Source: a virus (lineage: Duplodnaviria > Caudoviricetes). Taken from it: DNA of 33,552 nt. The notes under the pieces are model-generated. The model saw nothing but the letters and a program-made list of their open reading frames with translations. It did not search any database and had not been told where the DNA came from. The translations under genes and the position numbers were made by a program. Position 1 is the stretch's first letter, and each line of letters opens with the position of its first letter. The stretch lies in the IMG/VR virus record IMGVR_UViG_3300033516_000077, positions 1-33,552 of that record; one strand, written 5' to 3'. Below are positions 1-7,514 of this stretch, piece after piece.

Positions 1-141
1 ATACTTAAGAAAAATAAATAAATAATATGAAAATAATAATAATATAAATAAATAAATAAAAGTTGATAAAAAATAAATATTTTTTGAATATATAATATAA
101 AGTAACAGGAGTAGCTACCTGTGAAAATTGAAATTGGTGGG
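1..141. repeat. Terminal direct repeat, left copy (circular assembly overlap)
   Basis: Bases 1-141 are identical to 33412-33552. 141 nt is a common maximum assembler k-mer, so this indicates a circular or circularly permuted 33,411-bp genome. Confidence 0.95.
79..101 (+). promoter_or_regulatory. Putative early promoter motif, copy A
   Basis: ATTTTTTGAATATATAATATAAA is identical to 2528-2550, contains TATAAT and lies upstream of the polymerase leader. Confidence 0.6.
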
Positions 142-171
142 GGTTAATATGGTGTTCCTCCACCATTTTTT
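135..171 (+). terminator. Intrinsic terminator/attenuator in the leader of the polymerase gene
   Basis: Stem TGGTGGGGG (135-143) pairs with CCTCCACCA (157-165) with one G-U pair. It has a 13-nt loop and is followed by T6. Confidence 0.65.
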
Positions 172-223
172 AAACAAAAGTACCTTAAATAAAAAACACC
201 AAATAAATAAAATATAAAACCAT

Positions 224-1453
224 ATGAAAGTTAATATTAATTTACAAGCCTACAATTTAATCCTATCTAAGGATGATATAAAATTAGAAAAAGATTTTTT
301 ATATTATATTTTATATCTATTAGAAATATTTCCTGAAGTTGATGAATTTGGATTTGTTTCCATTTCGTCAGTATTTTTAAAAAATATAAAATGGAACTAT
401 AATGATTATATCCAATATTTATTATCAAATAAAATAATTAGATGTAATAATAAATACAAAGTTGATGGTCAAGCGTTAGGATATAGATTAGATGATTTAA
501 GTAAAGAATTAAATGAAGAGATAACATACATAGAAATTTCAGATAAATATAAGAATTGTTTTAAATCAAAAGATTTGTCAATAGAACAAGAAATAATGCT
601 AAAAACTTATGAAAGTATAACAATAGATGAAGATGTTTATAAATTTTTAAATAGTCCAACACTAAAAAAAAATATGGGAGTAGATTATGTCAATAAAATA
701 TCTTCTCATATAACTAATATAAAAAAAGGTAATATTATGATAACAAGTAGTAAAACAGGTAGAATTTTTCATCCATTATGTGAAATGATGTCAAATTTAA
801 GATACTATGTTCTAATAGATAATAATAGATTATGGGAATTAGATTGTTCAAATTCTCAACCATTTTTTTTAGCATTATTAATTGGTGAAACTAATTTAGA
901 ATTATATAATAATAAAGATGCTGATTTATACAGACAATTAGTTATAACAGGGCAATTCTATGATTATTTTATGAATGCATATAATAAAATAAATACAGAT
1001 GTAAATGCTGATAAAAATGAAATAAAAATGTATCTATTACAATCATTTTTTTCAGATGAAAAAGATGGTAGATCTCGTTATAGAAGTAAAACTAGAAAAG
1101 TATTTCAACAAGTTTTTCCAACCGTTTATAATTTTATAATTAATTTTAAAAAAGATAATTATAAAGAACTAGCATATAAATTACAAGAAATGGAATCCAC
1201 AGTATTCGTAAAAGAATTTAATGAATTATTTGAATCAAAGTTTTTAAATTGTCACGATGCAATTTATGTTTATGAATCCAATATTGAATATGCTAAAAAT
1301 ACATTAATAGATATATTTCATAAAAAATATGGGGTTATTCCAAATATTAAAATAAAAGCAACAGAATCAATATGTTCAATAAATTCATTAGTTAAAGAAA
1401 GAAAACAAAGAATAGAATTTAAAAAGAAAATAAATAAAAATTGGTCAAATTAA
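224..1453 (+). CDS. PolA-superfamily polymerase domain protein (TV-Pol-like replication protein, possible primase-polymerase)
   Basis: Motifs occur in family-A order: SKTGRIFH, LWELDCSNSQPFFL (motif A Asp), a motif-B-like region (EIKMYLLQSFF), LQEMES and NCHDAIY (motif C). The N-terminus may be a winged helix. No exonuclease domain is apparent. Confidence 0.7.
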   Translation: MKVNINLQAYNLILSKDDIKLEKDFLYYILYLLEIFPEVDEFGFVSISSVFLKNIKWNYNDYIQYLLSNKIIRCNNKYKVDGQALGYRLDDLSKELNEEITYIEISDKYKNCFKSKDLSIEQEIMLKTYESITIDEDVYKFLNSPTLKKNMGVDYVNKISSHITNIKKGNIMITSSKTGRIFHPLCEMMSNLRYYVLIDNNRLWELDCSNSQPFFLALLIGETNLELYNNKDADLYRQLVITGQFYDYFMNAYNKINTDVNADKNEIKMYLLQSFFSDEKDGRSRYRSKTRKVFQQVFPTVYNFIINFKKDNYKELAYKLQEMESTVFVKEFNELFESKFLNCHDAIYVYESNIEYAKNTLIDIFHKKYGVIPNIKIKATESICSINSLVKERKQRIEFKKKINKNWSN

Positions 1454-1461
1454 TAAAAAAT

Positions 1462-1947
1462 ATGAAAAGTATGAGAACATATAAAGGTAAAATAGAAAAT
1501 ATTATAACAGAAAATATAGAAAATATAAATACAAGATATTATTATAAAGTATCTTATGATTTAAATAAAAGTGATTTAAATATAAAAATTAGAAATTCAA
1601 ATACTAAATCTGGATTATCTGATAGTAGTTGGGATAAAGTATCTGATAATGATGAAATATTTATAAAAACACTTAATAGTTTTTATAAAGTTAAAAATGT
1701 TAAAAATGTTAAAATTTATTATTATAACATAAATATAAAATATTATAAAGAAAAATTTAATATTATATTTAAGAATAAAGCATCAATAGAAAACAATGAT
1801 TTATCTGTTGAACAATTTACAGAATTAATAAATTTATGTCGAGAAACTGTAAAACAATATAGAGAACTTAAATTAGGATTAATTTCAGCTTCTTTATCAG
1901 TTAAATATAATGATTTTTATGATAAGATATTATTAGAAATGTATTAA
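1462..1947 (+). CDS. Hypothetical protein
   Basis: Open frame following the polymerase. The ATG at 1462, after an A-rich tract, is preferred to the TTG at 1441. Confidence 0.7.
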   Translation: MKSMRTYKGKIENIITENIENINTRYYYKVSYDLNKSDLNIKIRNSNTKSGLSDSSWDKVSDNDEIFIKTLNSFYKVKNVKNVKIYYYNINIKYYKEKFNIIFKNKASIENNDLSVEQFTELINLCRETVKQYRELKLGLISASLSVKYNDFYDKILLEMY

Positions 1948-1973
1948 TAAATATTTTTTAAACTATTTAATAT

Positions 1974-2005
1974 AGCCACTTAATTTTAAATTTTGTGGCT
2001 TTTTT
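1974..2005 (+). terminator. Intrinsic terminator
   Basis: AGCCAC-N15-GTGGCT followed by a T run, just downstream of the stop at 1947. Confidence 0.65.
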
Positions 2006-2527
2006 AGTTAAATATTTGTAACTCCTAATGACACAGGCAGTTATAATAGCTTAATTATTAAATACTTAACTATTTTTTAAGGTAGTTAGACCCTATGTAA
2101 CTAATTGAGTATCAGAGTGCCGCAACAATAGTAACATATTAAACTTATTAAAATATTATTATTATAATTATACTTATTATTATATTATATTAAATAAATA
2201 AATTATATATCTATCTATTCTACCGAACTTCTCTACTTCATCCTACCTTCCGTAAAATAAGGGTTTCAAGGTTAACCAATTTAAAGCATTAAAACATCAA
2301 TTCTAAGCACATTTAATTATAAAGCTAATATAAGTATTCACATATTAATTTTAATTGTGTTATTCGGGTTTTTGTCAAATAAACTTTAACAACTAAAACC
2401 AAACGATCCGATAGGATTCCCGAACAACTATATTTTTTTTTGTTAAACCAATTAGCATATTTAATAAAAATAATTGTATAATTAATATATAACCAATTTT
2501 AATAAATAAAATCCTCGAAATTTTCAA

Positions 2528-2550
2528 ATTTTTTGAATATATAATATAAA
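2528..2550 (+). promoter_or_regulatory. Putative early promoter motif, copy B
   Basis: 23-nt exact match to 79-101, ending 12 nt before the ATG at 2563. Confidence 0.6.
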
Positions 2551-2562
2551 AAATTAAACAAA

Positions 2563-3009
2563 ATGGAAAAATTACAAAAGTGGAAAGATGCTAATGGTAT
2601 AGAACGAGAGATTGTTAGTAGAGAATATTTTTTATATCAATTAGAAGAATTTGCTAAGAAACCTAAAAGATTAAAAATGATAAACTCAGATATTTTATTA
2701 AAAGCTGATAATACGCAAATTAAAGTAATTTTAGAAGGTATAACATATGAAGATAAAATACCAGCTTTTTTTAATAATGATAGTTCTGATAAATTAGGAC
2801 ATTGGGAAAATATCAGCATTGAAGATAATTGTTTATATGGTGACTTATACTTATATACAAATTATGATCAGTTTAAAGGAAAAGGTATTTCAGTAGGCTT
2901 AAAAGTAGAAGATTGTGAGATAATTGATGAATTATTAAATATAACAAAAAGTACATTATTAGAAGCAAGTTTATCAGACAATCCATTAGATAAAAATACA
3001 ATAATATAA
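2563..3009 (+). CDS. HK97-family prohead protease-like protein, probably inactive
   Basis: IPAFFNND..LGHW..GISVG..LLEASLSDNP aligns by eye with NPLMLGNH..LGKW..GTSIG..LKEVSITALP of 23538..24689. The His is replaced by Asn. Confidence 0.65.
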   Translation: MEKLQKWKDANGIEREIVSREYFLYQLEEFAKKPKRLKMINSDILLKADNTQIKVILEGITYEDKIPAFFNNDSSDKLGHWENISIEDNCLYGDLYLYTNYDQFKGKGISVGLKVEDCEIIDELLNITKSTLLEASLSDNPLDKNTII

Positions 3010-3026
3010 ATAAAAAAATAAACAAA

Positions 3027-3212
3027 ATGGAAAAAAAAGAAGTAGTAATTAACATCCAAAAAATATTTGATATAGATTGTTCTGACCCAATTCAGACACT
3101 TATTAGATGTGATGATTTTGTAGGAATGAAAGATGGTGAATCTATTATTTTTACTGAAGAATTATCAGAAAATTTTCAAAATATTTTAAAAGAATTTACA
3201 CAAAACAATTAA
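3027..3212 (+). CDS. Small hypothetical protein
   Basis: 61-aa ORF in operon spacing with an A-rich start context. Confidence 0.65.
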   Translation: MEKKEVVINIQKIFDIDCSDPIQTLIRCDDFVGMKDGESIIFTEELSENFQNILKEFTQNN

Positions 3213-3216
3213 CTTT

Positions 3217-3540
3217 ATGTATTATGTTTATGAAATACGAATTAAAGGAGTAACCAGGTATATTGGTTACTCTAATAATTTAGATGAAAGAGAAAAAACT
3301 CATATATATAATTGTTATAATTCAAATTCTAAGCAATATAAAAAAGAGTTTTATTCATTTCTAAGAGAAATATACCCAGATAAAATTGAAGGCATTAAAC
3401 AGCTTATTTTAGTGCCTATTTATGAAAGTAAAAATAAAGCTGAATGTAAAAAATTTGAAGCTTTTATGATTTTAACAGATTATTTTGGAAATAAAAATTT
3501 AAAACAATCAGTACCTAAATTATCAGATAAACAATTTTAA
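3217..3540 (+). CDS. GIY-YIG nuclease family protein
   Basis: YVYEI-x7-YIGYS, followed by R..H and a conserved Glu (KKFEAFMI). Confidence 0.75.
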   Translation: MYYVYEIRIKGVTRYIGYSNNLDEREKTHIYNCYNSNSKQYKKEFYSFLREIYPDKIEGIKQLILVPIYESKNKAECKKFEAFMILTDYFGNKNLKQSVPKLSDKQF

Positions 3541-3551
3541 TAATTAAATAG

Positions 3552-3701
3552 ATGGATACAGAAAATCAAGTTAAGTTTAGTATAAAAATGTTATATAATA
3601 TTATAACTATTATATTTAAATCAAAAGAAGAAGTGGTTAAAGAATTTAATACAGAAACTCCTTCAAAAGAAGAATTAATTAAATATATCAAAAATGGTTA
3701 A
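3552..3701 (+). CDS. Small hypothetical protein (49 aa, below the ORF track cutoff)
   Basis: MDTENQVKFSIKML...KYIKNG fills the gap between neighbours, and its stop overlaps the next gene (ATGGTTAA). Confidence 0.55.
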   Translation: MDTENQVKFSIKMLYNIITIIFKSKEEVVKEFNTETPSKEELIKYIKNG

Positions 3702-4089
3702 AAAGGCATTATTAACAATTTTAATGTGTTTATTTTATATTTCAATAGTAACTACTCAATCTATTCCAAAATTCGTATATAAAGCTAAAAATGAATATAA
3801 AATTGATTATAAAGATTGGATTGGTGTAAAATATAAATTTGGTGGAAATGATAAAAATGGTATAGACTGTTCTGGTTTAATTCAGAAACTTATCGGATGT
3901 AAAGAAAGATATAGTAAAACTATTTGACTGAAATATAAAAAAATATACCCATTAAAATATTATTCTATTGGGCATATTGGTATTATGATTAATGATTCAA
4001 CCCTGTTACATTCTGATAGTAAAGGAGTTAATTTATTATCTATTAAAAGTAAATCATATCTTTGGTATAAAAAATATGAAGTTAAATAG
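3694..4089 (+). CDS. NlpC/P60 peptidoglycan endopeptidase (candidate endolysin) with in-frame TGA at 3925-3927
   Basis: Hydrophobic N-terminus and YKFGG..GIDCSGL (catalytic Cys) come before the TGA. The same frame continues with GHIGI..LLHSDSKGV to a TAG at 4087-4089. Confidence 0.75.
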
Positions 4090-4091
4090 TT

Positions 4092-5084
4092 TTATTTAAA
4101 ATATAATGTAATATAAATTGTTACGTCTGACTCAATTGCTTCACCTGGTACAACTCTTTTAATATAAATTTTATTATCAGTAGGTTTAAAATATACTTCA
4201 TAGAATTTAATACCACTGATAGTACTATTACATAATGTAGCAGCAACATATCTACTTGGATTTGCTATTACATTATTAACTAATATGCCTGAATTCGTAG
4301 TTAATCCAGCAGCAGTTTGAACAAATCCTTGTAACAATTTCATTCCATTATTAAGATATATCAAATGTAAATTACTTCCACCAGTAACACCATTACTCAT
4401 TACTAATGAAGTATTTAAAGATAAATCAGTTCCATTAATTTCAGTATGTAAATCTAATTTAGCAGTTGGCATTAATCCTGTACCAGTTGCATTTTGTACA
4501 TCACTATCAGATGAATATAATAAACTATTTCTAATTGTTATATAATCATATAATGTTTTAGGAGTTATAGATTTTTGTGTATCAGTTGCAAGAGATACTT
4601 CAGCAGCAGTTGCAATTTGTACAAATCCCATAATTGTATCAGTTGCAAGATTATTAGTATTTTTTAATTTAGTACCTAATAAATCTTCAACCCTTACACA
4701 GGTAGTATATGGAATATTAAATGTTGACCCACCAGTTGGTGATGTAGTAATTGTACCACTTTTTACTTCATATACACTTCTATTAATACCATTTTTAAAT
4801 AGTTTAATACCATCTGATTGATAAGAAATTACATCGTGAAAATAAAGAGTACCACTACCATTAGATCCTAATATATTATAAAATGCACTATTATAATATA
4901 TTGCACCACCACTAATACTAGTTCCATTATAAACACATCCATATAATATTATAGGTACATAAACTGTATCAGATAATGCTCTCATTAACTGTATTGTAAT
5001 TTCAGTATAACTTTCTTGTAAAAATTTTAAATCATTTTGTAAAAGTGGCATCCCACCAGTAAAACTTGTAAGTATTTTTTTCAT
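4092..5084 (-). CDS. Baseplate-anchored tail fibre protein
   Basis: N-terminal GGMPL..DLKFLQ module and fibre repeat GFVQIATAAEV..TDTQKSITPKTL. It follows the baseplate J/I-like genes. Confidence 0.65.
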   Translation of the reverse strand: MKKILTSFTGGMPLLQNDLKFLQESYTEITIQLMRALSDTVYVPIILYGCVYNGTSISGGAIYYNSAFYNILGSNGSGTLYFHDVISYQSDGIKLFKNGINRSVYEVKSGTITTSPTGGSTFNIPYTTCVRVEDLLGTKLKNTNNLATDTIMGFVQIATAAEVSLATDTQKSITPKTLYDYITIRNSLLYSSDSDVQNATGTGLMPTAKLDLHTEINGTDLSLNTSLVMSNGVTGGSNLHLIYLNNGMKLLQGFVQTAAGLTTNSGILVNNVIANPSRYVAATLCNSTISGIKFYEVYFKPTDNKIYIKRVVPGEAIESDVTIYITLYFK

Positions 5085-5096
5085 ATTTATATTTTT

Positions 5097-5669
5097 TTAT
5101 AATTGTTGATAAGGATCTTGTATTACTATTGTTCCAGATGGTGTATAACTTTGAATACTATACTTAAATCCAGCTATTTTATATTTATTTATAACACTAA
5201 TCATATAATTAATGTTTTGTGTTGAAAGAGTATTAGGATAATGTACTTTAAAATCTACAGTTGTAAATTCATTAGGTTCATCATTTTGAAATATATACAT
5301 AGGTGGAGTATCATCACAATAAACAGGATATATATTTAACCCACTATTTTCCCATTCATCACCATATTGAAATAGATAAGCAAAATTAACATCATTACCA
5401 TCTTCAATCCAAATTGATTGTGAATGATTAACAGGAAATGGTAATCCAAACTTAGTATTTAAAAAATGTTCTAATGAAATTACTTGTCCATTATGATTTA
5501 TTTCAAATAAACTATTTACTCTATAATTAATAAAATCAGTATATAAATTTTTAATAGGTTTTATACAACTTATAATAAATTGATATAAATTATTAATACT
5601 TATATTATTGTTTTTATTAATAACAGGTAATAAATCTTCTGTTAATTTATTAAAATCTATAGTTATCAT
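5097..5669 (-). CDS. Baseplate wedge protein (P2 gpI / Mu gp48-like)
   Basis: IDFNKL..LLP, HNGQVISLEHFLN, DFKVHYP and INKYKIAG motifs, located after baseplate J. Confidence 0.65.
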   Translation of the reverse strand: MITIDFNKLTEDLLPVINKNNNISINNLYQFIISCIKPIKNLYTDFINYRVNSLFEINHNGQVISLEHFLNTKFGLPFPVNHSQSIWIEDGNDVNFAYLFQYGDEWENSGLNIYPVYCDDTPPMYIFQNDEPNEFTTVDFKVHYPNTLSTQNINYMISVINKYKIAGFKYSIQSYTPSGTIVIQDPYQQL

Positions 5670-5675
5670 TTATTT

Positions 5676-6536
5676 TTAATATTTTTCTATATAAGTTATT
5701 GAACTACTTAATGGTGTACTAGGATCAATTATATTATATCCAGCAACTGAATTATAATAGTTGTCAAATAATACAAATGGTGCAGATAAACTACGTCCAT
5801 AAGCACTTATTTTATTAACACCTTTAACTCCATTAACTGCTTGTATTCTATCTGTCAATATTGTTAAATTCAATTCAGAGTTAAACTCTACATTACTAAT
5901 ATAATCATTAATAGCAGTTTCTACATTACTTTTTACAGTGTCTATATTAACAATTGGATCATAATAAACTGTATAATTTAATATTAAATCATCTGGTAAT
6001 AAATTATAAGTTAATATTTTTGTACCAGCAAATTTAGTTGCATTTATATAAGATTGTAATGCATCAAATTGAGGAACTGTTAATATATCGCTTGATTTAC
6101 CTCTAATTTTAATAGTCAATAGTCTATCATTTTCAACAGCTGCACAATTTTTAATTATTTGCTTATTAACATCAATTAAAGCATATCCAGTTGCAAAAGT
6201 ATCAGGGTCTATTATTAATACATCTTCATATTGAAACTTTTTAATCTTATCAACCCACCAACGTAATGTACCTGGTTCTGATGTTGATTTTATAGCTTCA
6301 ATTTCAGTTTTAAATAAATCCCATAAACTTTCTAATGTAAATATACAAACAGATATAGTATAAAATACTAACTTCCAAATACTTACTTTGCTTGTAGTAG
6401 ATAATGAAGTTAATAATTGTTGTTCTGTATTTAATGTAGTAGAACCATCTTCATTAAGTAACTTAGTATTTAATGTTGGTTGATTAATCTTTTCAGATAT
6501 AATACTTTGATAAATTGTATCTATACTTCTTGCCAT
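5676..6536 (-). CDS. Baseplate J-like wedge protein
   Basis: MARSIDTI, STTSKVSIWK, PGTLRWW, KFAGT and C-terminal LTDRIQAVNGV. Confidence 0.75.
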   Translation of the reverse strand: MARSIDTIYQSIISEKINQPTLNTKLLNEDGSTTLNTEQQLLTSLSTTSKVSIWKLVFYTISVCIFTLESLWDLFKTEIEAIKSTSEPGTLRWWVDKIKKFQYEDVLIIDPDTFATGYALIDVNKQIIKNCAAVENDRLLTIKIRGKSSDILTVPQFDALQSYINATKFAGTKILTYNLLPDDLILNYTVYYDPIVNIDTVKSNVETAINDYISNVEFNSELNLTILTDRIQAVNGVKGVNKISAYGRSLSAPFVLFDNYYNSVAGYNIIDPSTPLSSSITYIEKY

Positions 6537-6554
6537 TGTTATATAATTTTATAT

Positions 6555-6830
6555 TTAATTTGAAAATCCATCACTAAAACCAGATGAAAAATCACCTAAT
6601 TCTGAGGTGAACGAATCTAATTTAGTTGTAACATACATATTTTTAGAATTATAAAAATTAGTATTTATATTTGTATTGTATTCACTATATATCTTATCAG
6701 ATAATAGATTAAAATCATCATAATTAATATTATTTTCAACAAGAAATGGGATTAAATATTCTATTCCACCTTTATAAGTTAAAATAAAATCTATGATGTT
6801 TTGATCGGTATATTTTATTAGAGTTTCCAT
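6555..6830 (-). CDS. Small baseplate protein (degenerate LysM / tail X-like)
   Basis: QNIIDFILTYKGGIEYL..N-like pattern, positioned between the gp25-like and J-like genes. Confidence 0.5.
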   Translation of the reverse strand: METLIKYTDQNIIDFILTYKGGIEYLIPFLVENNINYDDFNLLSDKIYSEYNTNINTNFYNSKNMYVTTKLDSFTSELGDFSSGFSDGFSN

Positions 6831-6831
6831 A

Positions 6832-7113
6832 TTATTTTATAGCATCTATATTTATTTTATCACCATTATAACTAATTGAATTAATTTCAAATCCATCAGA
6901 TTCTAATGCTTTACTTATTAAGTTTTTCACTTCTTGTGACCACTGTCCATTTAAAAATTTATTAATACCAACACCAAATGTAGGATATTGACGTAAATGT
7001 CCATAATTATTAAGACATATTAATTCAATTTCTTGATTATTACTATCTTCTATTATGAAATCACCATCATAAAAATCTAAATCATAATTAATATCTAATA
7101 TTAAATCTTTCAT
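6832..7113 (-). CDS. Baseplate sheath-initiator (gp25 / Mu gp46-like)
   Basis: MKDLILD..DL..GDF..S..Q, GHLRQYPTFGVGI and LESDG. Confidence 0.7.
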   Translation of the reverse strand: MKDLILDINYDLDFYDGDFIIEDSNNQEIELICLNNYGHLRQYPTFGVGINKFLNGQWSQEVKNLISKALESDGFEINSISYNGDKINIDAIK

Positions 7114-7115
7114 AA

Positions 7116-7490
7116 TTATTTTTGATTATTATTTCTAAAGTCTAATAAAACAGCAACTTTCATAAACGTATCATTTAATTTTGTAAATGCGTCTGTATTT
7201 AATGCTATAATATTTAACATACTTAATTCAGTAGATTTAAAATGATCTAAATAATTATTATATATAACTTCTCTATCTTTTTCTGCTTCATCTAATTTTC
7301 TACTCATTAAATCTAATTGTTCTTTATGTACTAAACGTTGTTCTTTTTGAGAATCAATTCCTTGTTTATATATAAAAACAACAGCACCCAGTAATATTAA
7401 ACAGAATATACCTAAAACACTTTGTTCTAATGTAGTTTTACCTGGTATAATATCTGCTAATAACATTCCTAATATTTGTAATTGTAACAT
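7116..7490 (-). CDS. Putative holin-like membrane protein
   Basis: One strong transmembrane segment (VLGIFCLILLGAVVFIY) followed by a coiled coil, within the late operon. Confidence 0.5.
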   Translation of the reverse strand: MLQLQILGMLLADIIPGKTTLEQSVLGIFCLILLGAVVFIYKQGIDSQKEQRLVHKEQLDLMSRKLDEAEKDREVIYNNYLDHFKSTELSMLNIIALNTDAFTKLNDTFMKVAVLLDFRNNNQK

Positions 7491-7514
7491 AACTTTTTAT
7501 TTATTTTTTAAATT

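Noticed and set aside
1-141. 141-bp terminal repeat as a biological direct terminal repeat
   Set aside because: The length equals a common assembler k-mer, and the repeat cuts through a gene end and a hairpin. It is best explained as circular overlap.
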